Numbered from the whole stretch's first letter, positions 1 through 11,464 are shown. The stretch is DNA of 62,247 bases, filler included, from 4 parts of 4 records of this genome joined end to end with filler, not necessarily neighbours in it; one strand, 5' to 3'. Notes: generated by a model from the letters alone, not told the origin. Numbers and translations: made by a program.

Positions 1-1000
1 CCATTAAATAATCATCTGGAAAATAATCCAATAAGCAAAATGGTCTTGTACCAGGTGCTCTGCCATCTAGGTATCTAGAATAATTTTCAATACCAGAGCA
101 GTAACCTAGTTCTCTTATCATTTCAAGATCAAATTCGGTACGTTCTTTAAGTCGTTTTGCTTCTAGATGTTTACCAATATCTTTAAAATAATCGTGCTGC
201 TTTACCAAGTCATCTTGAATGTCTTTTATAGCTCCATTAAGAACATCTGGTGATGTCACAAACATATTTGCAGGATATATGTTTAATCGATTATAGCGTT
301 CTATAATTTCGTTTGTATGTGCGTCAAAGGCTTCAATTTCTTCAATTTCATCACCAAAGAAGTGAATTCTAAAAGCGTTATCGGAATATCCAGGAAATAC
401 ATCGACAGTATCACCTTTAATTCTGAAATTTCCATTTTTAAAATCGGCTTCTGTTCTAGAATATAATCCTTGAACTAATTGATGTAGTAGTTTGGTACGA
501 GAAATAACCTGATTGCGTTCTATTGTTATAACGTTTTTTTGAAATTCAACAGGATTACCAATACCATACAAACAAGATACTGAAGCAACTACCAAAACGT
601 CTCTTCTACCTGAAAGTAGGGAAGAGGTGGTGCTTAGCCTCATCTTTTCGATTTCCTCATTTATAGATAAATCCTTTTCTATATAAACACCAGAAACAGG
701 GATATAAGCCTCTGGTTGATAGTAGTCGTAGTAAGACACAAAATACTCAACAGCGTTCTCTGGAAAGAATTGTTTAAATTCGGAATATAACTGCGCAGCT
801 AATGTTTTGTTGTGAGCTAAAACCAGAGTTGGTCGTTGTACTTCCTGGATGACATTAGCAACGGTAAAGGTTTTACCAGATCCTGTAACACCTAAGAGTG
901 TTTGGTGCCTTTCGTCTTGCTTAATACCATCTGCAAGTTGTTTTATAGCTTGAGGCTGATCTCCCGTAGGTTTAAATTCTGATTCAATTTTAAAACGCAT
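1..1000 (-). CDS. uvrB: Excinuclease ABC subunit UvrB, 5' part (runs off the window start)
   Basis: Not in the ORF track. Manual translation from ATG at 1000 gives MRFKIESEFKPTGDQPQAIKQL..., Walker A LLGVTGSGKTFT, AHNKTLAAQLY and VSYYDYYQPEAY, all UvrB signature motifs. Confidence 0.97.
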   Translation of the reverse strand, partial: MRFKIESEFKPTGDQPQAIKQLADGIKQDERHQTLLGVTGSGKTFTVANVIQEVQRPTLVLAHNKTLAAQLYSEFKQFFPENAVEYFVSYYDYYQPEAYIPVSGVYIEKDLSINEEIEKMRLSTTSSLLSGRRDVLVVASVSCLYGIGNPVEFQKNVITIERNQVISRTKLLHQLVQGLYSRTEADFKNGNFRIKGDTVDVFPGYSDNAFRIHFFGDEIEEIEAFDAHTNEIIERYNRLNIYPANMFVTSPDVLNGAIKDIQDDLVKQHDYFKDIGKHLEAKRLKERTEFDLEMIRELGYCSGIENYSRYLDGRAPGTRPFCLLDYFPDDYLM

Positions 1001-1004
1001 AGTG

Positions 1005-1035
1005 CAAAGTTACGACAAAGAATATCAGTTATCAA
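1005..1035 (-). promoter_or_regulatory. Bacteroidota housekeeping promoter of uvrB (-7 TAACTTTG, -33 TTG)
   Basis: The minus strand reads TTG (1035-1033), 20 nt, TAACTTTG (1012-1005), CACT, then ATG. This matches the TAnnTTTG / TTG consensus. Confidence 0.7.
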
Positions 1036-4000
1036 TTATCGTTTTAAGGCAAAATGCCCTTTAACCTCGAAGTTTTTTCCATCTTTAATAACACTCGCAA
1101 CATACCAATAATCTCCTGTCGGCATGAGGTTTCCGTTGTAAGTGCCGTCCCAACCTGGTGTGTTATGTGTTAGTGTTTTGAGAAGTTTACCATATCTATC
1201 AAAAATATATATGATTGTACCTGGTAGCGTTTCTACACCGGTTATATGCCAAGTGTCAAAATCACCATCGCTATTAGGTGACATGTGCTTTGGTGTGTCT
1301 ATGACTAAAACATCTTTAGTAATACGACCACAGCCATTTTGATCTATAATTGTAATTGTATTGTAACCAATAGGTACATTGGTGAATACATTTGAATCCT
1401 GAAATGGAAGATCATTTATTTGATAAAGATAATTTCCTATACCCGAAACGGTTACAGTGATATTGTTAGGGTCTGAGAAATCTATAGTTTCAATAATATC
1501 AATTTCTGCAGATTCAGATTCAGTGACATTAAATGTATTGGTTGTTTCACAGCCAAACTCATTGGTAATGGTTACAGAATAAGTTCCAGTAGTATTTATT
1601 TCAATTTCTGCTGTTGTTGCATTTGTAGACCACAAATAAGAATCTAATGGATTATTTGTGTCTGCAGATACAATTAATGGTGTATCATTCAAACAAATTA
1701 CCTGATCTTCTATTTCCAGAAATTGAATTTCATTGATAATAATTCCAAATTGAGTTATATCAAAACAACCTGTTATGTCATTTTCAACTCGTACATAAAT
1801 AACTTCACCGTTTATAGCATTATAATTATTCTCAAGAGCATTACTGTTTTCAATTGCTTCATTTTCTGAATTATAATAGGTAACCGCAAAATCATTAGGG
1901 TTTTGCCCATTTAAAACCGCAGCATCTTGTTGTGTTAAATCAATATTTAGAATACCATCATAATTATCATCACAATTAACAATATCATCTGGTTGATTTA
2001 CTATTGGTAATGGATTTATATTTAATATAAAGGGATAAACTACGTAGCATTGAATAGTGCTAAATGATACCCTTGCATAAAGTGTTTGTTGAGTATTGGT
2101 ATATGTGTAATTTAAATTCAGTGCATTCTCATTTGCTTCTGCGTCTGCCTCAGAAGCATGATAGCTTATTAATTTATTAAACGTATTGTCTACTAAAGCT
2201 AAATTTATCTCTTCAAGATTAATAGTATTAGTAGAGTTGTCACATGCATCATAAACTTGGAAATTATTTATTTCAGGTGGTAAATTTATGTTTAAATCAA
2301 ATGGTACGACGATATTGCATCCTGTGGCTACATTAATGACCTTAGAATAAATTGTTTCCGGATAGCTTTGATTAAAATATGATTCTGGATTTAGTATCGG
2401 GTTCGAATCATTTTCAGCATCCATTTCACTGCGGTAATAAGAAAAATAAACATTAAACTGACGTCCGTCTAAAATATCTAGCTCTATTTCCGTTAAATTC
2501 CATTCTAAATTTGTTTCAAAGTTATTTCCACAGACCGTGAGGGATTGCCCAAAATTAACATCTGGTAAATCCAGAATATTAATAGAAAATGTTGTGACAT
2601 TATAACAACCAGATGCGCTATTAACAATTCTTGCATACAATAATTCAGGATTGCTTGTGCTGGTGTATGAAAGGGATACTGGGTTGGTTCCAAGGTCTGC
2701 GTTAAGTGGAGTATTATGAAACGTTATGTTTAAATCATAAGGGCTTCCATTTGAGATTTCTGTAATTTTTTCATTTAAATCTACAAGGTAAGGCCCATTC
2801 CCATTGGTGCCGCATATAGGTATGTCTGACGGTTCGTTAAAAATTGGAGCTTGTCTCACTTCAATTTGCATAGGTGCAACGCCAAAGCAGCCTAATTGTT
2901 CTTCATTTTCTAACCTTACATATATGGTTTGTGGATTAGATGTATTTTGATAAGCAATGGTTTTATCAATAGGGTTAGTACCGCTTAAAGCATCTACTTC
3001 AGTTTCAAAATAGAAAACTTCCATACCAGTTTGCCCATTTAAAATTTCATCATCTTTTTCCTCAAAAATGAAATTAGCAGAATCACCAACATTTAATTGG
3101 CAGTTTAAGTAATTTGAAATTTCGTTTAGAACAGGGTTGTCAAAAACTAATATTTCAAAGCCAATAATGGCGAGGCAATTTAAATTTTCGCGCTCTAACC
3201 TTATAAATACTTCACCTGAGTCGGTATTGTAATTTGTAGGGTTTTCTATAGGGTCTCTTTCTTGTACAGCGAACTCATAACTCTCGTAATAGGCTATGGT
3301 AAATTCACTAACGTCACTATTTAGTTGGGGTAAGATACTCTCTAGATTAACTGTTGTAAAACCATCCTGATCATTATCACAAATAATTAAATCTTCTGGT
3401 GTAGAAAAATTTAAGCTTTCTACAATGGTAACATCTATCGTGGTAATGTCGTAGCAATCCGTAACTCCATTTGCAACTCTTACATAAAATGTTTGATTAT
3501 TTCCTGCTAAGTTATAGGTACTCGTAATTTCATTCTCACTATTTTCTGCATCGTTAAAGGACTCGTAAAAACTAACCAATGGAAATGGTACGCCTTGCTC
3601 CATAAGATTAGTGTAATAACTTAAGTCTATTGTAGTTGTGCCATCAAGAGCATTGAAATTGCCACATGCGTCAGCAGTTCTTGGCTGTACTATTGTTGGT
3701 GGGTTAATATTCAGAGTAACTTTTGTAAAGTTTTCACATTCGTTTTTATACTGGGTCCTTACAAAAAGATCTCTTGTAGGTGTATTAACTGTAAATGGAA
3801 TATTTGTATTAATTGGATTGGTTCCGTTTAATTGATCCTCTTCAGTTAAGTAATAGGTAATAGCTAAATCAGCATAACCACCAATAAGTTCTTCTGTAAC
3901 TTCGTTGAGATCAAAATCGATTATACCATCATCAGACATATCATCACAGCGATTTACATCAGTTTCCTCACCTAAAATATTAAAAGCGATATTTTTATGA

Positions 4001-5892
4001 AGTTCTAAAGGCACTACAGATGTACAATAGCCACCAATTTCGGCAACAGACATATAAATGGTGGTCAATGGTGCTGAAACTCCAAATATTGGCTCATCGG
4101 CAAAAAGGAAACCATTTTGTACTGCCAAAGCATCTTCTGCTGTTGGATAAAAATTAACTCTAGGGTCTGGTATAAAATCTCTTACCAAATCTATGGCTTC
4201 ATTGAGATTAAAAGCTACCACTGAAGAGTCATAATCATCTTCAATAGGTACACATTGATTAAGTATGTAATTATCGTTCCCAATAAATGGACTTTCGTTA
4301 AATTCTAAAGTGAAAGGTACTGTGGAATGACAGCCATTAAAATCATCTACAACACGTGCATATAATACTTGTGTTTCTGATGGGCTAGGATATGGCGATG
4401 GTATGGCATTTTCACCATTTTCAGCTTCTTCTTCAGTAAAATGAAAGGTTACGGTTCTATTAAATTCAAAATTAGCAACTCTAAAATCATAAAAATCAAA
4501 ATCTACAGTAGCGGAAATGTATGGGATATATATTTGCTCACAGATAATTACAGGATCTATAACCAGCGTATTTGGTGCTGCCTTGATTATGATATCAAAC
4601 CATCCGATTTGAAGACAACTGTCATCAAGACTTTCAATTCTTACATAAATTGTTTCAAGTAATTCAGTGTTTTGATAGATTCCGATTATAGGATTGTCGT
4701 TTGTCTCTGCATCTTCAAGTGACGTATGATAACTTATAATATAGTCTGTAGACGATAAGTTATTATAGATTTCTGTGTTTTTCAATGTAAAATCAAAATC
4801 CGTAATCCCATCACTAGGTGCAGGATCACATTCAATAATATCATCAATTGGTGCTGCGTGCTGAAATCCTTGTACTTCAACTTCGATAGTATCTGAAAGT
4901 GTACACGTTCCACCTGCTATTGGTATAGTCACCTCTACGTCGTAAATACCACTTTCTGAAACCTGTAATGTTGAATTGTTTTCACCTACAATAAAGTTAT
5001 TATTAAGATACCACGAATACGTTGCAGTATTAATATTTACGTTAGGATCCAATACCAATTCATTACCACAAACGGATTGATCTGGACCTAAATCTATAGC
5101 TCCACCAAAACTGTCAGCTTCTATAAATACTGCAGAATCAAATCGTTCATCGATATGATCTGCGAGAACAAATTTCACATGGTATGAATTACCAGGAATA
5201 ACATCTGAACTCGCCGTCATAACAGTTGTTCTTCCATTATAGTTGGTGTCACCATTACCATAGCCTTGAAAGAAGTTTTCATTCTGTGCGGCACAAAATC
5301 CATTAATATCTGGATGAATGGTATTGGTGCTTACTTCTGAAACTGTGTCTGGAATTAATGCAATATTTACATATGGTTCTGCACTACCTGTTGGCTTAAT
5401 AAGTATTGCGAATACATCTCTAAAGTCACAGGGATATTCTTGCTGGTATTCATCTGACGCAAATAAGTATTTGAAAGCTACAAAATTATTGGCAGAAATA
5501 AAATCAAATTCAATAGAGGTGGCATTTAAGGTTTGATCAATACCTAATACATTTTCGATGTCAGAATCAGTAGTCCAATCTAATTCACCATCACTCAAGG
5601 ATTGTGGTATTAATCCATTACCTGCAGCATTGACGTTACCAGTAGATAAAACCATACCGCTCGCCAGTGGAAAGTTGGATCCAGCTCTGTCGAATAAACC
5701 ATAACTAACTATGTTGTTTACCTGTCCATTAACACTAGATGTAATGTTTGAAGCTTCAACACAGTTATCACCTATTAGATTTTCGATAAGTTGCTGAGGT
5801 TGAAGGGAACTATCCGTAACTATTTGTTGTGCATTTAAATAAATTATATGCACAAAAAAGAAGAGAAATATGTAGATATTTTTCTTTTTCAT
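1036..5892 (-). CDS. T9SS type-B sorting domain protein (choice-of-anchor L N-terminus, ~80-aa Ig-like repeats, gliding-motility-associated CTD)
   Basis: Signal peptide; N-terminal 'NATSIEFDF...FASDEY...DSAVFIEA' domain; repeated 'CD..DG...FDL...Y....DA....NPI...Y.N.....IYVR' units; C-terminal 'PKHMSPNSDGDFDTW...IFDRYGKLL...GWDGTYNG...DYWY...KGHFALKR'. Confidence 0.92.
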   Translation of the reverse strand: MKKKNIYIFLFFFVHIIYLNAQQIVTDSSLQPQQLIENLIGDNCVEASNITSSVNGQVNNIVSYGLFDRAGSNFPLASGMVLSTGNVNAAGNGLIPQSLSDGELDWTTDSDIENVLGIDQTLNATSIEFDFISANNFVAFKYLFASDEYQQEYPCDFRDVFAILIKPTGSAEPYVNIALIPDTVSEVSTNTIHPDINGFCAAQNENFFQGYGNGDTNYNGRTTVMTASSDVIPGNSYHVKFVLADHIDERFDSAVFIEADSFGGAIDLGPDQSVCGNELVLDPNVNINTATYSWYLNNNFIVGENNSTLQVSESGIYDVEVTIPIAGGTCTLSDTIEVEVQGFQHAAPIDDIIECDPAPSDGITDFDFTLKNTEIYNNLSSTDYIISYHTSLEDAETNDNPIIGIYQNTELLETIYVRIESLDDSCLQIGWFDIIIKAAPNTLVIDPVIICEQIYIPYISATVDFDFYDFRVANFEFNRTVTFHFTEEEAENGENAIPSPYPSPSETQVLYARVVDDFNGCHSTVPFTLEFNESPFIGNDNYILNQCVPIEDDYDSSVVAFNLNEAIDLVRDFIPDPRVNFYPTAEDALAVQNGFLFADEPIFGVSAPLTTIYMSVAEIGGYCTSVVPLELHKNIAFNILGEETDVNRCDDMSDDGIIDFDLNEVTEELIGGYADLAITYYLTEEDQLNGTNPINTNIPFTVNTPTRDLFVRTQYKNECENFTKVTLNINPPTIVQPRTADACGNFNALDGTTTIDLSYYTNLMEQGVPFPLVSFYESFNDAENSENEITSTYNLAGNNQTFYVRVANGVTDCYDITTIDVTIVESLNFSTPEDLIICDNDQDGFTTVNLESILPQLNSDVSEFTIAYYESYEFAVQERDPIENPTNYNTDSGEVFIRLERENLNCLAIIGFEILVFDNPVLNEISNYLNCQLNVGDSANFIFEEKDDEILNGQTGMEVFYFETEVDALSGTNPIDKTIAYQNTSNPQTIYVRLENEEQLGCFGVAPMQIEVRQAPIFNEPSDIPICGTNGNGPYLVDLNEKITEISNGSPYDLNITFHNTPLNADLGTNPVSLSYTSTSNPELLYARIVNSASGCYNVTTFSINILDLPDVNFGQSLTVCGNNFETNLEWNLTEIELDILDGRQFNVYFSYYRSEMDAENDSNPILNPESYFNQSYPETIYSKVINVATGCNIVVPFDLNINLPPEINNFQVYDACDNSTNTINLEEINLALVDNTFNKLISYHASEADAEANENALNLNYTYTNTQQTLYARVSFSTIQCYVVYPFILNINPLPIVNQPDDIVNCDDNYDGILNIDLTQQDAAVLNGQNPNDFAVTYYNSENEAIENSNALENNYNAINGEVIYVRVENDITGCFDITQFGIIINEIQFLEIEDQVICLNDTPLIVSADTNNPLDSYLWSTNATTAEIEINTTGTYSVTITNEFGCETTNTFNVTESESAEIDIIETIDFSDPNNITVTVSGIGNYLYQINDLPFQDSNVFTNVPIGYNTITIIDQNGCGRITKDVLVIDTPKHMSPNSDGDFDTWHITGVETLPGTIIYIFDRYGKLLKTLTHNTPGWDGTYNGNLMPTGDYWYVASVIKDGKNFEVKGHFALKR

Positions 5893-6082
5893 CTAGTTAT
5901 AAAAAATATAGTGGCATTAAGGTAAGTGCTTAACCTCCCTTTTTTTGAGATAAAGATACTGAAAATGTTGCAAAAACTATGTTAATACTCGGATTGCCTT
6001 AAAAGAGTGAGAATAACGGATATTCTATACGTTTAACCTTAAAGTTAGCGTAAGTTTAAGGTATTACCTAAATTAAAATTGG

Positions 6083-9000
6083 TTAGCGTCTAATAGTGAA
6101 ATGTCCTTTTACTTCAAACGCAATACCACCTTGTCTAACTTCGGCCACAAACCAATAATCACTTGCAGGCATTTTATTGCCGTTATAAGTTCCATCCCAA
6201 CCAGGTGTATTAGAGCTTAGTTGCTTTACAAGTTTACCATAACGATCAAAAATATGAATTATCGTACCTGGTAAGGTCTCAACACCAATAATATGCCATG
6301 TATCAAACTGTCCATCGTTATTTGGCGTCATATGCTTAGGAATATCTATAACCAGAACTTCTTTAGTAACCTCAGCACAACCATTAATATCAATTATAGT
6401 CACTGTGTGGTAACCCATGGCTACATCTTCAAAAAAGTTTGACTCCTGCGGTTCTCCATCATCTAGCTGGTATAAGTAATCACCATTTCCGCTAATAGTT
6501 ACTGTAATGTTATTTGGGTCTGAAAAATCAACAACTTCGGTAGCCTCAATGGTAGCAGATTCCGATTCTGTTACTCCAAAAGTTCTGGAATTTTCACAAC
6601 CAAACTCTGTTGTGATGGTTACCCAATAAGTTCCTACTTCAGTAATTTCAATTTCTGGTGTAGTTTCACCAGTTGACCATAAATAATTATCTGAAGGATT
6701 ATTAGTATTTGCAGAAACAAGTAATGGTAAATTATTTAAACAAATTACCTGATCTTCTAAATCAATAACAGGCAACGGGTTAATAAGTGTCATAAACTGT
6801 GTCGTTGCAAAACAACCAGAATTGTTATTTTCTATTCTCGCAAATATGATTTCACCATCAAATGCTAGATAATTAGTATCAATATTTGAAATGCCTTCGA
6901 TTGCATCTACTTCTGAATTATGATAAGTAATAGTGTATTGTGATGCATTTTGATTGCCAAGAATTACTGCATTTTGCTGTGTAAGGTCAAATTGAAAGAT
7001 ACCGTTAAAATCATCATCACAAGTCATTAAATCACTTGGTTGATTTGCAATTGGTAACGGACTAACATTTAGGTTAAATTCATAAATAGTAAAACAATGA
7101 GTTGTACTAAATTCTACGCGAGCAAATAAGACATCATTATTGGTTAAATAAGTATAATCTGTATCTAAAGCATTCGTGTTATTTTCAGCATCAGTTTGAT
7201 TTGTAAAGTAGGAGAATAGTACGTTAAAACTTTCGTCCATTAATGCACTATTGATTTCATTTAAATCGAAACTTTTAGTTTCATTTTTGCAAATGTTATA
7301 GGTCTGGAAATCATTAATCACAGGCGGTGCGTTAACTATAATATCTAATCCAGCGGAAACATAACAATTATAATTTGTGTTTGTTATTTTAATATATACC
7401 ATTTGAGGATTAGTAATATTATTAAAACTTTCAGGATTACTAATATTGTTAATGTTTGATTCTAAATCATCTATATTTTCAAAGTAAGAAATTTGAATAT
7501 CGTCTTGTCTTATACCTATAATGTCAAATTCGGCAAGAGTTAAATTAACTTCAGTCAGACCGTCATAGTCTATATCACATGCAACAAGTGGGATAGTTGT
7601 ATTCACTTCTGGTAGTTGGATAACGTTGACTTCAAATGAAGTAATAGATTTACAAATATTACCATTGTCTATTTGGACAAAAATTTGTTGTGGATTTACA
7701 GTATTCGTGAATTCAGATGTTATTGGATTTATACCATTTTCGGCATTATATTGAGATGTATAAAATGTAATTGTAAGGTTGTCATCAATACCACTAGATA
7801 TTTCATCAATTTTGGTATTTAGGTCGAATGTTTCAATCCCGTCATTATTACTACTATCACACATAAACCAATCTGCCGGTATATTATATAAAGGATTTGA
7901 ACCTACCTCAATCTCAAAATTTGATGTATTGTAGCAATTTTCATCGGTAAGATTTTCAACTCTAACGAATATCGTTTGTGGATTACTAATATTTTGGTAT
8001 TCGATATCTTTATTAATTTCATTTATACGATTATCAGCATCATTTTGATTCGTATAATATAAAACTTGTTTTCCCGACTGACCATTTAGAATTTCTGCAT
8101 CTTTCGTATTAAATAAAAATTCAGCTATACCATCACTATTATCCTCACAGATTGTATAATTATAATCGCTTATTGTTGATAAAATTGGTATTGTATTTAT
8201 AATTATTTTTAAAGTTTGAATTGAATAGCAACCCGTATTTGAATTCTCAATACGCAAATATACAGTTTCGGTTTGCGCATTATAGTTACTTTCATTTGTG
8301 ATAGCATTTATGTTGTTTTCGGCATCAGATAGAGAATTATAAAAACTGATAATTCTATTATTCGTATTAGAAACAATATCTGTAATTACATCTAGTAAGT
8401 TGATATTATAGAAACCATCTTCGTCATCATCACAAATTATTATATCTGCTGGTGCAGTAGCTTCTGGTGCAGGTAAAACTAGAATTTCAAAAGAATTAAT
8501 ATTTGAAGCACAACCTGTTTGATTTGATGTAACTCGCGTGAAAACCGTAAATGGATTAGATGTATTTTGATACGAATAAGGGTTTAATGCATTGGTATTA
8601 TTCGAGGCATCATCTTCTGTCAAAAAATATCGAACTTGGAAACCAGTTTGTTCAGCAGTAACTAAACTGTTAAATTCAGCTAATCTTAAATTAGTAAATC
8701 CATCTTGATCTTCATCACAAACGGTTTGACTAGATATTGGGGCAAACTCATCGATGGTATTAATAGAAATTTCAAATTCATCAATATCATCACAAGTAAG
8801 ACTAGACAAACCAATATAAATGGTTTGAGGATTACTTAATGGTATATAAGGTGAAGATTGATTTATAGGATTTATTTGGATATCTCTGTCTCCAGGAGTT
8901 TCGTAAAACGCAATAGTAACGTTTGGTAAATTATGTATAAAATCTGTCGCTATTGCACCTAAGAAGAATTCTTCTGTACCGTCATTACCAATATCACAAA

Positions 9001-10921
9001 TAGCAATGTCTCTTGTGTTGGTAGCACTGAGTAATAGGTTAGTATGTATTTCAACAGGTGTTACAGACGCGCAACTTGTTGTATTACTCTCAACTCTTAT
9101 AAATACAATTTGCTCATTAATATTTATATTACTGTAATTGGTATCGTCTGCAATAGGATTTGCACCAGAAATGGCATCTTCATTCGTTTCGTGAAATGTC
9201 ACAGTAACATCTGTTAAACCTTGAAGCACATCTGGTATAACTGTTGTTAAATCGAAATCTGCCCAGCCATCATGGTCGGCATCACACGCATCAATATAGT
9301 GATCATTTGTGTTTATTACCGGATTATCTAGTACATTAATATCTAACGTAGTTGTGCTAACGCATCGTGTTTGAGAATTTTGTACACGTACAAAAACTTG
9401 CTCACTAGGATTAGTATTTACATATGGCATAGGTAAAGCGTTGGTGCCATTTGCCGCATCTGCAGCTGTGCTATAATACGTAACAACTAGATTAAAATTT
9501 CCATTAGTTATTTCATCATCTTTAACACTTAAATCTATAGTTGTAAATCCATCTGCAGTTTGATCATCGCAAACATCTAATGGACTTGGATCAACAATAT
9601 TTGGTAGAGGATTAACAATTAAGTTAATTGTAGAAAAAGCAAGACAGCCGTTGGTTGTATCTTCAATTCTTACATGTATAACTTGTGGGCTGGTAGTGTT
9701 TTGTATTGGACTAGTTATTGGGTTAAAATTATTCTGCGCGGCAGCGTTGGTGAAATGATAAGAAATAGTATAAGATGAAGCTGGAACAGAAGCTAATACT
9801 TCTGCATCTTTTGTTGAAAGATCAAAAGTCTCAATGCCGTCATTGCTTAAATCATCGCATAATTCATAATCAGATATTGGATCAGATGATTGCGTAGAAC
9901 TTAAAGTTATATTTATATCGTCTTCAATTAAACATGTTTCGCCTGCTAAAGGAATTTCTGCAACGACTCGATAATTACCTGATTGTACTGCTGTATAAGT
10001 AGGTTGAGTTGCTCCTGAAATTATAACACCATTCAATAGCCATGAATAAGTGGCTTGTGGGTTTTGAATATCACCATCTAAAAATACATCACTTGCACAT
10101 GTAGAAAAATCATCACCTAAATCTACCGCTGCATCAAAACTGTTTCCTTCAATAAATACAGCAGAGTCATAATTCTCATCTGTCTGATCTGCTATTACAA
10201 GTTTAATTTGATATTGTACATTAGGTTGAACTGATGCTGCGGCAGTAAGAACAGTCGTTCTACCATTATAATTGGTGTCACCAACGTTATAACCATCAAA
10301 GTATTGCTCGTTAGATGCTGCACAAAAGCCCATTATTTCATCATGAACAGTATTAGTATTAACTGGAGTTGCTGTACCAGGTACCAAAGCAATGTTTGTG
10401 TACGGATTATTTGTGCCTGCTTCTCTGATTAAAAAAACAAATCCATCAGAGTACTGACATGGAAAATTACCAAAATATTCTTCTGAAGCTAATATATAGT
10501 TGAATTGTATTGTATTTGAAATTGAAACGAAATCGAACTCTATAGAAGTGGCATTTAATGTTCCAGTAATACCTAATGCAGTTTCCAGGTCAACATCTGT
10601 AGTCCAGCTATCATCACCATCATTTAGAATGGCTGTGTTTTGTCCATTACCCGCTGAGTTAGCATCACCAGTTGTTAATACAATTCCATTTTGAAAAGGA
10701 AAGTTTGAAGAGGCACGTTCAAAATACCCGAAACTTCCTAATCCAACAGAATTTCCGTTAGATGGAGATGTGATATTTGAAACTTCTACACATCCTTGTA
10801 TAAGTGTATTTTCTATTAAATCTTGAGGTGATACGGTGTTATCTACTGTTATTTTTTGAGCAAGCATACTGCCACAAATAAAGCACAGAATTATGCAGAG
10901 GGAATGTTTTAAATAATTCAT
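6083..10921 (-). CDS. T9SS type-B sorting domain protein, paralog of 1036-5892
   Basis: Same architecture and length (1612 aa); CTD 'PKHMTPNNDGQFDTW...IFDRYGKLV...GWDGTYNG...KGHFTIRR'. Confidence 0.92.
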   Translation of the reverse strand: MNYLKHSLCIILCFICGSMLAQKITVDNTVSPQDLIENTLIQGCVEVSNITSPSNGNSVGLGSFGYFERASSNFPFQNGIVLTTGDANSAGNGQNTAILNDGDDSWTTDVDLETALGITGTLNATSIEFDFVSISNTIQFNYILASEEYFGNFPCQYSDGFVFLIREAGTNNPYTNIALVPGTATPVNTNTVHDEIMGFCAASNEQYFDGYNVGDTNYNGRTTVLTAAASVQPNVQYQIKLVIADQTDENYDSAVFIEGNSFDAAVDLGDDFSTCASDVFLDGDIQNPQATYSWLLNGVIISGATQPTYTAVQSGNYRVVAEIPLAGETCLIEDDINITLSSTQSSDPISDYELCDDLSNDGIETFDLSTKDAEVLASVPASSYTISYHFTNAAAQNNFNPITSPIQNTTSPQVIHVRIEDTTNGCLAFSTINLIVNPLPNIVDPSPLDVCDDQTADGFTTIDLSVKDDEITNGNFNLVVTYYSTAADAANGTNALPMPYVNTNPSEQVFVRVQNSQTRCVSTTTLDINVLDNPVINTNDHYIDACDADHDGWADFDLTTVIPDVLQGLTDVTVTFHETNEDAISGANPIADDTNYSNININEQIVFIRVESNTTSCASVTPVEIHTNLLLSATNTRDIAICDIGNDGTEEFFLGAIATDFIHNLPNVTIAFYETPGDRDIQINPINQSSPYIPLSNPQTIYIGLSSLTCDDIDEFEISINTIDEFAPISSQTVCDEDQDGFTNLRLAEFNSLVTAEQTGFQVRYFLTEDDASNNTNALNPYSYQNTSNPFTVFTRVTSNQTGCASNINSFEILVLPAPEATAPADIIICDDDEDGFYNINLLDVITDIVSNTNNRIISFYNSLSDAENNINAITNESNYNAQTETVYLRIENSNTGCYSIQTLKIIINTIPILSTISDYNYTICEDNSDGIAEFLFNTKDAEILNGQSGKQVLYYTNQNDADNRINEINKDIEYQNISNPQTIFVRVENLTDENCYNTSNFEIEVGSNPLYNIPADWFMCDSSNNDGIETFDLNTKIDEISSGIDDNLTITFYTSQYNAENGINPITSEFTNTVNPQQIFVQIDNGNICKSITSFEVNVIQLPEVNTTIPLVACDIDYDGLTEVNLTLAEFDIIGIRQDDIQISYFENIDDLESNINNISNPESFNNITNPQMVYIKITNTNYNCYVSAGLDIIVNAPPVINDFQTYNICKNETKSFDLNEINSALMDESFNVLFSYFTNQTDAENNTNALDTDYTYLTNNDVLFARVEFSTTHCFTIYEFNLNVSPLPIANQPSDLMTCDDDFNGIFQFDLTQQNAVILGNQNASQYTITYHNSEVDAIEGISNIDTNYLAFDGEIIFARIENNNSGCFATTQFMTLINPLPVIDLEDQVICLNNLPLLVSANTNNPSDNYLWSTGETTPEIEITEVGTYWVTITTEFGCENSRTFGVTESESATIEATEVVDFSDPNNITVTISGNGDYLYQLDDGEPQESNFFEDVAMGYHTVTIIDINGCAEVTKEVLVIDIPKHMTPNNDGQFDTWHIIGVETLPGTIIHIFDRYGKLVKQLSSNTPGWDGTYNGNKMPASDYWFVAEVRQGGIAFEVKGHFTIRR

Positions 10922-11091
10922 AAGTTTCGGTTAAGTTTCAAAGCTTAGGTTAATGTAGATTTGAGGCAAACACTAACTCATCTTTTAAGAAAGTGTAAAA
11001 GTAGATTTAAATAAGATGAAATGCAAAAAAATACGTTGAAATACTTAAAAATTTAACAAAATATAAGAATTAGACTACAAAAAACAATTAC

Positions 11092-11112
11092 AAGGCCTCA
11101 AAACGAGGCCTT
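11092..11112 (-). terminator. Possible intrinsic terminator hairpin upstream of the T9SS gene pair
   Basis: Perfect 8-bp stem AAGGCCTC-aaaac-GAGGCCTT in AT-rich DNA, followed on the minus strand by GTAATTGTTTTTT. Confidence 0.4.
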
Positions 11113-11464
11113 CTCCCAAATTGAATTCTCGAAACATTTAAGCCTCAACATAAAATGTTTCTTAACCTGAAACTCAATATTAATGTGTTTTGATTTTTAA
11201 TTTACCTATAACCTTATTTATCAAAAACACGATGTTATTGAGAAATTAGAATTATAAAAAATGAGGGAGAATATGACAAAAATATGTGAGTAGGCTAAAA
11301 TTAAAAAAAGTCTAGTGTATATGCAAAAAAATAAGACGAACGGATAAAAATATTAACATTTTCAATAATTTACGTACACCCATCCTACCATTCGACGATA
11401 GTTAGGATCATTTAAATTAAGAATGTAATAGTAGGTACCAATTGGTACTAAGCTACCAAGATTA

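Noticed and set aside
11015-11042. GATGAAAT/GTTGAAAT direct repeat (20-bp period) as a LytTR-type site upstream of the T9SS genes
   Set aside because: Too short and AT-rich to distinguish from chance without comparative data.
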